NCBI GenBank assembly: GCA_044226015.1
Contig: JBGAHS010000002.1
Location: 64,001-128,000, forward strand
From: Candidatus Obscuribacteraceae bacterium
GTDB taxonomy: Bacteria > Cyanobacteriota > Vampirovibrionia > Obscuribacterales > Obscuribacteraceae
DNA: 64,000 bases
Direction: 5' to 3'
The notes beneath the pieces were generated by a model, which worked only from the letters and a program-made list of their open reading frames with translations, did no database searches and was not told where the DNA came from. Below are positions 20,478 to 30,360 of this stretch, one piece after another (position 1 is the stretch's first letter; every line of letters starts with the position of its first letter). A program made the translations under genes and the position numbers.

Positions 20478-20733
20478 TACATTGCTTAAAGTAGGCTCTG
20501 TCTCAATTCCTTCTCCCCAGCTCACCACATATGATACCAAACGGATCCGTTAATAATCCAGAAGCCGCCAGGATGGCAGCACTACCAGAGCTTGTTGAAT
20601 GGACCCTACCGGAAGTAGACTTCCTCCTCCGAGCTTTGAATTAAATAATTCCTCCAGCTGAATCATAATGTGAAGGATCTGGGTAGATAGTAAATGACAA
20701 TGTAGTTTAAGCAGACTATTTGGGGATGATTTT

Positions 20734-21534
20734 ATGCAATTTGACAAAGCTGAAGGGCAAAATCCTGAGAAACAAGAAGCCCCCCAACCGAATTTTGATG
20801 TGGTGAAGAGCTTCCAGGAAGATCAACTCAGTAAAAACACCGAGAAAAGCATAAGTTCAACCGACAAGGCAAATTCCTCTACTGACACCGCTAAGGACTC
20901 GTTGAAAGAGTTGAACGCGTCACAAATTGCCGATTTGATAATAAAGAACAAAGGCTTCGGAGCTAAAGGTAGCGAAGACAGAGACAAAATTGACAGCGCA
21001 CTCGGAAAAGCTTTCGATAAAAGCATGAAGAACCCCGATACGGGAAACCTTAGCAAAGATGAAAACAAAGACTTGGCAAAGAAGGTCAACGAAGAGTTAG
21101 CGAAAAAGAACTCCGACTTACGTGTGGATTTCGACAGCAAAGGCGGTGGCGGTGGCGGTGGTCGACGCAGTGATGGGCTGAGTGAAAAACACCAGGAAAA
21201 AGATGGCAGCTTCAGTGTTACTGAAAAAGGTAAGCCCGTTGACGAAATTTCCATGCACGGCACAAAAGACACCGTTTATGACAAGAATGGAAAGGTTGTT
21301 GGAGAAAGAAGCTCAAGAGAAAGCGAAAACGGTGGCAGCGGTGGCGGCTGGGGTAAAGGTCCAGAGCACAATTCTAATTCCGACAAATCCGACAAATCTG
21401 GAAAAGATGAATTCAAGCTCGATGACTTCATTATAGAAGATGGCGGCAAAGGCGGCGGCGGTGGCGGTGGCGGCGGCAAAGGTGGCGGTGGTGGCGGCAA
21501 AGGCGGCGGCAAAAGCTTCCCCAAGAACGGTTAA
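20734..21534 (+). CDS. Hydrophilic low-complexity protein with poly-Gly tracts
   Basis: 266 aa, no signal peptide, K/D/S/E-rich, GGKGGGGG repeats at the C-terminus. Confidence 0.75.
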   Translation: MQFDKAEGQNPEKQEAPQPNFDVVKSFQEDQLSKNTEKSISSTDKANSSTDTAKDSLKELNASQIADLIIKNKGFGAKGSEDRDKIDSALGKAFDKSMKNPDTGNLSKDENKDLAKKVNEELAKKNSDLRVDFDSKGGGGGGGRRSDGLSEKHQEKDGSFSVTEKGKPVDEISMHGTKDTVYDKNGKVVGERSSRESENGGSGGGWGKGPEHNSNSDKSDKSGKDEFKLDDFIIEDGGKGGGGGGGGGKGGGGGGKGGGKSFPKNG

Positions 21535-21583
21535 CCATTATTTGCCGACTCTTTGTTTCAGAACGGCTTGAAGCAAAACGGGT

Positions 21584-23302
21584 ATGATCAGTACAGGCTC
21601 TATCTCCGGAGGGGGTGCGTCAATGCGTATTGGGGATTTACTGATCCAGGCAGGTTTTGTCACGCAACAGCAGGTCGATGCAGCACTCAAGCAGCAAAGT
21701 TCCGCTCGAAAGACTCCACTGGGCAAGCATTTACTCCTGCTCGATTACCTAACCGATGCAGAACTTGAGCTGGTACTACAGGCTCAGCGAAAAATTGCGT
21801 TTACAACCATGACCGACCAGCTTGCCATCGCTAGCTTGAAATACGCAAAGTTACATAGAGTAGATTTTGAAACCGCAAGCCGCATTGTTTTGAGCTCATT
21901 CGCTCAGGACTCCAGCAAGAAGATCACACAGCCACTGCCAAAGCCTGAGCAGCCACAAACACCGAAAGCAGATTCATCTATCGGTACAACAAAGATAACA
22001 GGCTCAACGGCGCGCTTTTCATCAAACCCCGACCAGCTTCTCAAGCTTAGCGAAACAGCATACGCTGAAAAACGCTTCGAAGAGTCAGCTAAAGCGCTTG
22101 AAGAAGTCAGAACGATTTACGAACGCAGCGATGGTTTCTCTACAGACCTTTTGATTCCTGTATATTCCAGACTGGCAGAAATATACTCATCACTGGGCAA
22201 AAATTCACTTGCAGAAGACCGCGTTTTGAAATTGATCCAGGTCTTGAAACAGGAAACGAAGCTGCTACCTGGCTCGATAACAGCAATTGCACAGGTTGCC
22301 CATAATTGCTCAAGACAGGGGCTCAACGAGCAAGCAGACAAGGTCTACAAGGTGATTCTTCCGCTATGGGCAAAACTTTTACCGTTTGAACAATCACAGT
22401 TTCCGTTTTACTTGCGAGATGCAATCTCATCTTCAAGAACCTGTCACAAAGCGACAAACAGAAATATAAGAATTGGCGAACTTCTCGTTGAAAGCAAGAT
22501 TTTAGAAGCGGTGCAATTTCAAGAAGCACTGCAAAAGAGCAAACGACTCAGACAGCCACTGGGCAAGGTTCTATCAGAATCAGGGCTAGTAAGAGTGCAA
22601 GACCTACGCAATGCAATGCGCGTTCAATTGATGTGCAGAGCCGCAGTAATTCCAGTGGAATACGCAGCACTTACAGTCATTGCAGCATCTTGCGCCAAGG
22701 AATCAGTTGACATATTTTTCAAATCATTCTACACATCGTTTGAAAACCCTGCTGCGCTGCTGTTACCGGAACTCATTGAAAAAATGGATAAACTTCTTGT
22801 TCTCGAAGAGAAATTGGGAATCAAGAACCCGGAAGTTGCATCACTCGCAGTAGAAGTTGCGGACATCTGTCTTCGCCGAAATGAAACAGAAGAGGCAGAG
22901 CTGATGCTGCGCCGCGCGCACGCAGTCTTCGCAGTGGAGTCTGAAACATACAGACTTGATTTGGCAAATACGTGTTACAAAATTGCTCGACTGCTTCAAG
23001 CAAAAAACAAATACGAAGAAGCAGAATTGCTTTTGATGCAATCAATGGAAATCAGGAACCGTTTGCTTGGCGACAAAGACCCTGAACTCGCGGAAGTATT
23101 AATCGAGCTGGGTTCATTGTATATCGGGCAGGGCAATTACCTTCCAGCAGCAGGTTTCCTGAAGTCAGCTTGGGCTATCATCGCCGGCAAGTGCGAAGCT
23201 GAGAAATCGCAATTTGTGCTCAAACTGCTCATCAAATGCTACGAGCAGATGGGAATTGAAAGTGAATGTAATATCTATCGCCAGCAGCTGCCAAACTATT
23301 AG
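21584..23302 (+). CDS. MshEN-domain + TPR protein (putative c-di-GMP receptor)
   Basis: RIGDLLIQAGFVTQQQVDAALKQQ and three further RLG/PLG 24-aa motifs in two pairs, each pair followed by TPRs. Confidence 0.8.
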   Translation: MISTGSISGGGASMRIGDLLIQAGFVTQQQVDAALKQQSSARKTPLGKHLLLLDYLTDAELELVLQAQRKIAFTTMTDQLAIASLKYAKLHRVDFETASRIVLSSFAQDSSKKITQPLPKPEQPQTPKADSSIGTTKITGSTARFSSNPDQLLKLSETAYAEKRFEESAKALEEVRTIYERSDGFSTDLLIPVYSRLAEIYSSLGKNSLAEDRVLKLIQVLKQETKLLPGSITAIAQVAHNCSRQGLNEQADKVYKVILPLWAKLLPFEQSQFPFYLRDAISSSRTCHKATNRNIRIGELLVESKILEAVQFQEALQKSKRLRQPLGKVLSESGLVRVQDLRNAMRVQLMCRAAVIPVEYAALTVIAASCAKESVDIFFKSFYTSFENPAALLLPELIEKMDKLLVLEEKLGIKNPEVASLAVEVADICLRRNETEEAELMLRRAHAVFAVESETYRLDLANTCYKIARLLQAKNKYEEAELLLMQSMEIRNRLLGDKDPELAEVLIELGSLYIGQGNYLPAAGFLKSAWAIIAGKCEAEKSQFVLKLLIKCYEQMGIESECNIYRQQLPNY

Positions 23303-24301
23303 TCAAAAATGATCTAGTTCAAGCATCATTGCGGGAAATTCTTCCGTCCATTCGAACATGAGTTCATCGTACTCTGGCTTCAGTGAGCGAATCATGGGGA
23401 AGGACCAGTCTCTCTCAACATGAGCAAGCCCACTCAGGGGCGGCTCCATGACGTTCCAGCCGCGCACATAGCTAGCCTCATACCTGGCCGCCAGTCTAAA
23501 AATCTCAGCCCAAATTGAACAGAACATCTGTGGGCTCGCGATTACTTCAAGAACACGAAGATAAGGACCTGACTGCTCAATCAGCGCATACCCGCTCTCA
23601 AATTTACCGTAATTGTCAGAGAGCAAACTCAACTTTGGCCAATTCAGCTTTGAGTGCTGAAATAAGAAAGCTTCTCTCCCCGTCTTATAACGCCAGTAAT
23701 CCTCATCTCTGGACATGCCGTAAGGCTGTCGCCGCAGCCACCGCCTATGGTGCCGAACCATTTCGGGAATATCTTCTGCTCTCATAGACCTGACGTTGAA
23801 TACTTCGTCCAAGTCCGGTGCTGACAGTTCATCAAGCTTACGAATTGAATACCGCAGCCAATCCGAATTGAGCTTGATTGAAAAAGAGGAATAATCGCAA
23901 AGGTCAAACCCGAACCTTTCATAAAACGCCGGGTCTATATCTGAATTGAGAACCATACCATCGAAGCCATCTTGCACGCAGGACGCAATGAGTTCATCAA
24001 ACATTTGTCCAGCGTATCCCTTGCCTCGATTCTCATCAGCGACAAAGACAGCGCCTACGCCAGCCATTTTGAATTCGCGACCTTTCGAGCAAAAAACAAA
24101 ATTGTATAACTTGCAGCTTGCCAGCACTTTTCCATCTTGGGAAACAAGTCCAAGATAATGGAGATTGCGTCGCCCCCAAGCAGAATGCATCTGCCACCAC
24201 TGGTAGTTCCTATAAGTGCTGCGGTCTAATCCGGGTGACCAGATTTCGAAATTCTCAGCGAGCACTTGATTAATTTCGCGATCTTCAAGCCGCCGGAGCA
24301 C
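23303..24301 (-). CDS. GNAT family N-acetyltransferase
   Basis: GVGAVFVADENRGKGYA motif A; FYERFGF. Confidence 0.88.
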   Translation of the reverse strand: MLRRLEDREINQVLAENFEIWSPGLDRSTYRNYQWWQMHSAWGRRNLHYLGLVSQDGKVLASCKLYNFVFCSKGREFKMAGVGAVFVADENRGKGYAGQMFDELIASCVQDGFDGMVLNSDIDPAFYERFGFDLCDYSSFSIKLNSDWLRYSIRKLDELSAPDLDEVFNVRSMRAEDIPEMVRHHRRWLRRQPYGMSRDEDYWRYKTGREAFLFQHSKLNWPKLSLLSDNYGKFESGYALIEQSGPYLRVLEVIASPQMFCSIWAEIFRLAARYEASYVRGWNVMEPPLSGLAHVERDWSFPMIRSLKPEYDELMFEWTEEFPAMMLELDHF

Positions 24302-24389
24302 ATTACCCTCTTGATCATTCTCGCCAAACAGCGTTCAATTCTATCTTCAAGGCTTACAATAAGTCCAGAATAGTTTAGAATATTGGCAC

Positions 24390-25724
24390 ATGAGTGAAAA
24401 GAATCAATTTACAGCGTTCCGCGGGCACATCATCAGCCCGATAGATTTCAACAGTTACGAAGACTACGCTGACGGCTGCCTTCTGGTCGATAAAGACGGA
24501 AAAATTGCCGATGTTGGAAACTGGCAAGATTTAGTCAAGCTCCATGGAACGCCAGCTCAAGTCGTTGACTACGGCAAGCGAGTAATCTTGCCGGGTTTCA
24601 TCGATTTACATATACATCTGGTACAAATTGCACAAACCGGACGGTCAGGTGACACACTTTTGGGCTGGCTCAATAAGTACATTTTTCCTGCAGAAGTAAA
24701 ATTTGCACGGAAAGAACATGCCACCAAACTCGCTGATTGGTTCTTCAGAGAGCTAGCGAAAAATGGCACCACATTGTCCTCGGTGTTCACTAGCATTCAC
24801 AAAGAAGCAGCAGATATTGCATTCACCAACGCAGCTGAGCGCGGCTGTCGAGTCATCATGGGCAAAACTCTGATGGACAGAAATGCACCGGACAATTTGA
24901 GCGAAGACTCTGAGCGTTCACTTGCAGAGTCGGAAGAGCTATGTTCAAAATGGCACAACTACGATAATGGGCGACTTCTTTACGCTGTCACTCCCCGATT
25001 TGCACCTACGTCGACAAGTAAGCAACTTTCTGGTGCAGCCGAGTTGTGGAAAAGGTTTCCAGGCTCATACATGCAAACACATCTTTCAGAAAATATTGAT
25101 GAGATCGCCTGGGTAAAAGAGCTATTTCCGGGCTGCAAAAACTACCTTGATGTTTACGCGAGCCATGGTCTCATTGGAAGAAACAGCCTGTTTGCGCACA
25201 GCATCCACCTGAGTGACCACGAAATGGAAAAGTTAGTCCAGTCTGAGTCAGCAGTTGTGCATTGCCCAAGCTCAAATTTGTTCCTTAAGAGTGGTGTCTT
25301 TCCATATCAAAGGGCGAAAACAAAAGGACTCAAAATGGGGCTTGGCTCTGACGTTGCAGCAGGACCAGAGATGTCTTTATTCAAAGTAATGAAGGACGCT
25401 GCATACGTTCAAACCGAATTGTGGCTTGGGGCTCGCGAATTGATGTATTTAGCGACTCTATCAGGAGCAAAAGCTGTAGGACTTGACGATAAAGTCGGTA
25501 GCTTGAGCAAAGGAAAAGAAGCTGACTTCGTCGTCATTGATCCCAACCTCAAGACCTCAGTACCGAGAGATATTCTGGAGCAGCCTGCCGACGAGATTCT
25601 CTCAAGCCTGGTTTATGTTGGAGATGACCGCATGGTTGCGGCCACTTATGTCAGAGGCAAAGCCATTTTCAAAAATGACGAAGTTTACGAACACAAGAAA
25701 GAAAGCCTTGCCCGCTCAGTCTGA
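24390..25724 (+). CDS. guaD: Guanine deaminase
   Basis: PGFIDLHIH, WLNKYIFPAE, TPRFAPTS, QTHLSEN, HCPSSNLFLKSG, GLGSDV. Confidence 0.92.
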   Translation: MSEKNQFTAFRGHIISPIDFNSYEDYADGCLLVDKDGKIADVGNWQDLVKLHGTPAQVVDYGKRVILPGFIDLHIHLVQIAQTGRSGDTLLGWLNKYIFPAEVKFARKEHATKLADWFFRELAKNGTTLSSVFTSIHKEAADIAFTNAAERGCRVIMGKTLMDRNAPDNLSEDSERSLAESEELCSKWHNYDNGRLLYAVTPRFAPTSTSKQLSGAAELWKRFPGSYMQTHLSENIDEIAWVKELFPGCKNYLDVYASHGLIGRNSLFAHSIHLSDHEMEKLVQSESAVVHCPSSNLFLKSGVFPYQRAKTKGLKMGLGSDVAAGPEMSLFKVMKDAAYVQTELWLGARELMYLATLSGAKAVGLDDKVGSLSKGKEADFVVIDPNLKTSVPRDILEQPADEILSSLVYVGDDRMVAATYVRGKAIFKNDEVYEHKKESLARSV

Positions 25725-25853
25725 GATTCACATTTGTAAATATAAACCGCCGCCATCTGGGCTTGTTAGCTAATTAATCTTACTTAGCTTCAATGAAAAC
25801 CGGTTCCTCCAAGATTTGCGCTACCATATTGGCTCACTTCAGAGGGAAACATC

Positions 25854-26438
25854 ATGCCAGTGGACCTGTCCAGACGTGTTTATAAAGACAAGCAACAAGC
25901 CACAGCGAATATTCGCGAAGTCTACTCTGGAGCCCAGGTCAGAGCGCGCATCGCCGAGATGGGAAAACAAATTAGCGAAGACTACCGCGACCTTGAAAGA
26001 CCAGTTGTAATCGGTGTCATGAAAGGAGCCATCTTCTTCCTCTCCGATTTAATGCGCGAAATTCAAACTAATGACCCTCTGCAGCTCGAGTTTGTGCGCC
26101 TTGCGAGCTACGGTTCTGCAACCGAAAGTTCCGGCACAGTTCAAACACCTTATTTGGATCTTCCCAACATAGCCCATCGACACATTCTCGTGGTCGAAGA
26201 CATTATCGATTCAGGAAGAACAGCGAAATTCTTTCTCGACTATTTAAAAGGCCAATTCGCTCCGAAGACTCTCAAGATGGCAGCATTGCTAGACAAACCA
26301 TCACGAAGAGTTGTTGAAATGGAAGCTGATTATGTTGGCTTCAAAATTGATGATTTCTTTGTCGTTGGGTATGGGCTAGATTATGCCGAGCAATTCAGAG
26401 AACTGCCGTTCCTTGGAGAAGTCACTGATTTCAACTAA
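25854..26438 (+). CDS. hpt: Hypoxanthine phosphoribosyltransferase
   Basis: GVMKGA, ASYG, VVEDIIDSGRT PRPP loop, LLDKP, FVVGYGLDY. Confidence 0.95.
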   Translation: MPVDLSRRVYKDKQQATANIREVYSGAQVRARIAEMGKQISEDYRDLERPVVIGVMKGAIFFLSDLMREIQTNDPLQLEFVRLASYGSATESSGTVQTPYLDLPNIAHRHILVVEDIIDSGRTAKFFLDYLKGQFAPKTLKMAALLDKPSRRVVEMEADYVGFKIDDFFVVGYGLDYAEQFRELPFLGEVTDFN

Positions 26439-26492
26439 GTCCGGAATCTTGTTTAACGTTGCAGCGGGCGATGGAATTTTGCTGCATTGCGA

Positions 26493-26768
26493 CTAGCACA
26501 AACGAATTCCATTTGAATTTTCAGAATGGATTTTTGGGCGAACCGTTTCAGTTGCCTCGACAAACTTTGGTCTGAACATGAAACAAAAGAATGCCGATAA
26601 AGCTTTAGCAAAGCCAGTGACAGCATTGCAGTCGTTGGCACGAGCTTTTGCCAGCGATTTAAGCGTCGAGATGTCCTGGCGAGTAATTCTGCCATTTTCA
26701 GAGGGGCTCTGAGTATAGAGGAGTTCCAGGTTTTTGTGTTGATACATCGACATCTCAGCGTCCCCCAT
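26493..26768 (-). CDS. Small hypothetical protein (uncertain)
   Basis: 91-aa ORF filling the gap downstream of moeB; no recognisable motif. Confidence 0.35.
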   Translation of the reverse strand: MGDAEMSMYQHKNLELLYTQSPSENGRITRQDISTLKSLAKARANDCNAVTGFAKALSAFFCFMFRPKFVEATETVRPKIHSENSNGIRLC

Positions 26769-26851
26769 CAGTTGATGATTAGATATTAGGGAGCAAATCT
26801 GAAAACGATCTGAGAATGCGCGAAGCTTTTGCTTTAATGCTCTGGCCGAAC

Positions 26852-28000
26852 CTAGTATTGCGGCAAAGACGGGTCGACATCGCGCGACCAGGCTAAGACA
26901 CCGCCTGTCAGATTTCTGATTTTGGAATAACCGCGATCAACCAGGTAGTGCAAAGCTCTCATGGAGCGCCCGCCGCTCTTGCAGTAGACAACAATATCTG
27001 CGGATTTGTCCAATTCTTTTTCTCGTTCTACCAACTCGGAAAGCGGAATGTGTTTTGCGTTTGGAAGAATTCCCAGAGCTACTTCCTCGTAATTGCGAAC
27101 ATCGAGAAGAATAAGGTCCTTACCCTCTTTCAGTTCTTTGTCTAGCTCGATAGGATTTATTACTCGTGTCATTTCAGCCTCCTCTGTGCTGCATTGAATT
27201 TCCAAGTCTTTTAGCGAACGAATTGTCGCGTCCTTTGAACAAACCGGACACGAAGAACTTTTCAAAATTGGAACTGTATCGAAAGTCATCGATAAAGCGT
27301 CGTAAATCAAAAGCTTGCCCGAGAGTATTTCACCTACACCCAGCAAGATTTTTATGGCTTCACTGGCTTGAATACAACCAATCAACCCAGCCATCACACC
27401 GAACACACCACCTTCAGCACAGTTTGGAACAGCGTCAGATGGTGGAGGGTCGGGAAACAAGCACCTGTAACATGGACCGTTATTGTGAGAGAACACACTT
27501 GCCTGCCCATCCCAACGATAGATTGCTCCATGTACGTTTGTTTTGCCAGACAAGACACAGGCATCATTTACCAGATATCTCGTAGGGAAATTGTCGCTTC
27601 CATCTAAGACCAAATCGAACTCTGAGATGATTTCCAGAGCATTAGAAGCATCAAGCCTGACGGGGTACTCTACGACCTCAATTTCCGGGTTGAGGCTTTT
27701 GATTCTCTTCGCCGCTGAGCTTGCTTTGGATGCTCCAACCTCAAGGTCTGCATAAAGAATTTGTCTCTGCAAATTTGATCGATCAACTCGATCAAAATCA
27801 ACAATGCCAATTTTTCCAACACCAGCTGCAGCAAGGTAAAGTAGGGCAGGGGACCCCAAGCCACCAGCACCAACGACCAGCACGCTCGCAGTTTTCAGTC
27901 GTTGCTGACCGTCTGTGCCCACTTCAGGAAGCAAAAGGTGACGGCTGTAGCGAACAAGCTCTGATTGACTGAAAGACGATGACACCATAGATTTAGCCAC
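26852..28000 (-). CDS. moeB: MoeB/MoeZ-type E1-like adenylyltransferase with C-terminal rhodanese
   Basis: RYSRHLLL, GAGGLGSP, SNLQRQ, DGSDNFPTRY, CYRC, NCAEGGV, CPVC; rhodanese DVR..YCKSGGRS. Confidence 0.93.
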   Translation of the reverse strand: MAKSMVSSSFSQSELVRYSRHLLLPEVGTDGQQRLKTASVLVVGAGGLGSPALLYLAAAGVGKIGIVDFDRVDRSNLQRQILYADLEVGASKASSAAKRIKSLNPEIEVVEYPVRLDASNALEIISEFDLVLDGSDNFPTRYLVNDACVLSGKTNVHGAIYRWDGQASVFSHNNGPCYRCLFPDPPPSDAVPNCAEGGVFGVMAGLIGCIQASEAIKILLGVGEILSGKLLIYDALSMTFDTVPILKSSSCPVCSKDATIRSLKDLEIQCSTEEAEMTRVINPIELDKELKEGKDLILLDVRNYEEVALGILPNAKHIPLSELVEREKELDKSADIVVYCKSGGRSMRALHYLVDRGYSKIRNLTGGVLAWSRDVDPSLPQY

Positions 28001-28256
28001 CGCTCAAAGCACAAACTATCTGTATTCGCTCTTGTCCGCTCAATGTATGCGATAAATCAGCAGCCAGGGTTTTGTCCACGTAGATTTTTATGTGTTGGCG
28101 AATGGCATCTTGCTCATCAATCATTCTGAAACGAATTCCCGGATGAGCTTGTTCAAGGTTGTGCAGCGCGTCAAATAACGTGTTGGCAGCCTTGATTTCA
28201 ACCTGATTTTTGTTTGCTGTGTAAGAGCGCAACGGACTTGGAATAAGTACTAACAT
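27993..28256 (-). CDS. MoaD/ThiS family ubiquitin-like protein
   Basis: ATG at 28256 gives 87 aa MLVLIPSPLRSYT...ALSGG with C-terminal di-glycine; overlaps the moeB start. Confidence 0.9.
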   Translation of the reverse strand: MLVLIPSPLRSYTANKNQVEIKAANTLFDALHNLEQAHPGIRFRMIDEQDAIRQHIKIYVDKTLAADLSHTLSGQERIQIVCALSGG

Positions 28257-28266
28257 ATCGGAAGTC

Positions 28267-29385
28267 TCAGTTAAGTACAGTGACGGAGTAAATCTCTGGA
28301 AGGTGCTTAACGAGGCATTTCCAGTTCTCGCCTTCATCAGTGCTTCCCCAGATTTCACCCTGACTGGTACCGTAATAAAGCCCAAGTGGTTTTCTCGTGT
28401 CACAGGTCATCGCTTGTCTTTTGACAGTGAAATATGCGTTTTTTCTTGGCATACCTTTATCTTGCCGCTGCCATTTCTTGCCACCATCCTTGGTGACATA
28501 GACAGCAGGCTTTGCATCAGGACTTGTTCGTGGCCAAACTGTGCTGCCATCCATCGGGAATACCCACGCCCAATCGACTTTACGGGGATGCGCTACTATC
28601 GGAAAGCCAATGTCTCCAATTTCTGGAGGCATGTTCTTGCCGATGCGAACCCACTCATTTGATGGGCGGTCAATACGATAAATTCCGCAGTGATTCTGAT
28701 GGTATAGACGATCTGGGTTTAGTGGATGCAGTATCACACAATGAGGGTCATGCCCATATTCAACGGTCGGGTCGGGAAGGAACTCAGCTTCGACCCCTTT
28801 GTTCAGAGGAGTCCAGTGTAGCCCTTTGTCCTTTGATTCAAAAATTCCGCCAACAGAAATACCAATGTACATGTGATTAGCATCTCGAGGGTCAATCAAA
28901 ATCGAATGCACAAGGACGCCAGCAGGAGTCGGTCCGGTAGCAGTCCAATTTTCGTAGTTTGGATTGTCGTTAAATCCCGAAACAGGCTCCCAGGTATTTC
29001 CAGCATCTTCGCTGCGGAAAATTCCAGCAGGGGAAGTACCTGCATACCAAACGTTTGGTTCGCTCTCATGCCCAGGGCTAATCCAAAAAACAGTCTCTAC
29101 CGAACGTCCTTTTTCGCCCTCTGCAACCTTTGGGAAAGCAGGAGGGTGCTTAGCCTCCGTCCAAGTTACTCCAGCATCATTCGAAAAATATACAGTCGGT
29201 CCTAAATGCCCTGTCTTCGCAGCCATGACAACATTCTTAGTGTTTCGAGGATCACTCACTATGTGATAAATAATGTGACCTAAAAACAATGCGGGCGAAA
29301 TCGTCCACTTTTCCCGTTCTTTGTCGCTTGAGAGTACAAAAGCTCCCTTTCGTGTACCGACTAAGAGCGACACCTCTTTAGGCAT
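28267..29385 (-). CDS. BNR/Asp-box repeat beta-propeller protein
   Basis: LVGTRKGAF start; repeated SxDxGxTW Asp-boxes (SNDAGVTW, SEDAGNTW, SKDKGLHW, TKDGGKKW, STDEGENW); HQNHCG; no signal peptide. Confidence 0.9.
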   Translation of the reverse strand: MPKEVSLLVGTRKGAFVLSSDKEREKWTISPALFLGHIIYHIVSDPRNTKNVVMAAKTGHLGPTVYFSNDAGVTWTEAKHPPAFPKVAEGEKGRSVETVFWISPGHESEPNVWYAGTSPAGIFRSEDAGNTWEPVSGFNDNPNYENWTATGPTPAGVLVHSILIDPRDANHMYIGISVGGIFESKDKGLHWTPLNKGVEAEFLPDPTVEYGHDPHCVILHPLNPDRLYHQNHCGIYRIDRPSNEWVRIGKNMPPEIGDIGFPIVAHPRKVDWAWVFPMDGSTVWPRTSPDAKPAVYVTKDGGKKWQRQDKGMPRKNAYFTVKRQAMTCDTRKPLGLYYGTSQGEIWGSTDEGENWKCLVKHLPEIYSVTVLN

Positions 29386-29564
29386 GGTTTTCCTCCCTCA
29401 GATTCAGGATTGCTAGTTTACAAGAAAACCAGACTTGCAAGGCAAAGCGTTAACAAATGCTTGCCGGATAAGATTTCCCCGGAAACTGAAGCGGTACCAG
29501 GCATCGTCACAGAATCCACCCGAATTTAGGGTAGACTTAGTTCAGACAGTCAGGTAGAGAAAAT

Positions 29565-30296
29565 ATGATCCGAATAAAATCCATTCTCGTTATGGCAACA
29601 CTATTGTGCACTGTTTCCGTTGACGTTATTGCTTCTGCAGAAGATGAATCTGTCAATAAAACAAGCACTGAATCAAGCGAAGCAAAAGAGACAGCTGAGA
29701 CAAAAGATGCCCCCGAGTCACTTCCTTCGCCATCTCAGGTTTTGAAAGGTGGTGTCAGAGGTTCGGCAATCAAGCTTGAAGAGGGGCTGGATATGATCGA
29801 ACAGAGTGCAAGAATGGTCAAGGACCCCGCCCTTGAGATAGCAAAAGAGTGCACCAGAAAAGAAACTGCTGTCGCAAGAGGTCCGAATTACATTGGAAAT
29901 GGCATTGTGATTCCAGCGATAGGCAATCCAAACGGTACCTTTCAGGTGGGAGAACTTCCCGCAAGAAAGGATCGCGTTGAGAACTTCATCGCATCAGCGG
30001 CCGATGCGGTAAAAGCTCTGAGAACTCATGTCGATGGTTTGATTATTCCTGAAGGCTCCCCTGAAGAGATGACAAACCTCTGGAAAGGAATGCAAAGCAC
30101 AATGCAAGCCGCAGAGAATAACATCGCGAGCATGAAAAGCCTACTCGATGAAACGCCGGTGAAAAAAGGCGAAATCAAGCAGAAAGATGCAAAGCCTCTC
30201 GGACGAGCTGCTATGAAAATCTATGATTCTATGACAGCACTTGAAAAAATCAGAGCGCAGCTAGACGATATGGTGAAGCCCGAATTGAAGAAATAG
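29565..30296 (+). CDS. Exported helical hypothetical protein
   Basis: Signal peptide ..VIASA/ED; 243 aa. Confidence 0.75.
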   Translation: MIRIKSILVMATLLCTVSVDVIASAEDESVNKTSTESSEAKETAETKDAPESLPSPSQVLKGGVRGSAIKLEEGLDMIEQSARMVKDPALEIAKECTRKETAVARGPNYIGNGIVIPAIGNPNGTFQVGELPARKDRVENFIASAADAVKALRTHVDGLIIPEGSPEEMTNLWKGMQSTMQAAENNIASMKSLLDETPVKKGEIKQKDAKPLGRAAMKIYDSMTALEKIRAQLDDMVKPELKK

Positions 30297-30346
30297 GATT
30301 GATTCGTTCCCGCAAAGTCTCCCCAGATTTACGGGACGAATCAATC
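30297..30346. terminator. Long hairpin between convergent genes (probable bidirectional terminator)
   Basis: GATTGATTCG..CGAATCAATC 10-bp arms plus inner TCCCG/CGGGA pairing, directly after the TAG stop. Confidence 0.65.
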
Positions 30347-30360
30347 GAGGACCAGATCTG

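Noticed and set aside
20428..20480. 19-bp tandem repeat as a CRISPR remnant
   Set aside because: Only two adjacent copies, no spacers, no cas genes
20823..21524. Poly-Pro minus-strand ORFs
   Set aside because: Antisense of the poly-Gly tracts
28257..28403. 49-aa N-terminal extension on the MoaD/ThiS ORF
   Set aside because: Overlaps the BNR gene; ATG 28256 gives a normal-sized Ubl
29481..29510. GGAAAC..CGTCAC as a fourth ECF promoter
   Set aside because: Spacing is one base longer and the -35 differs; not supportable without a PWM
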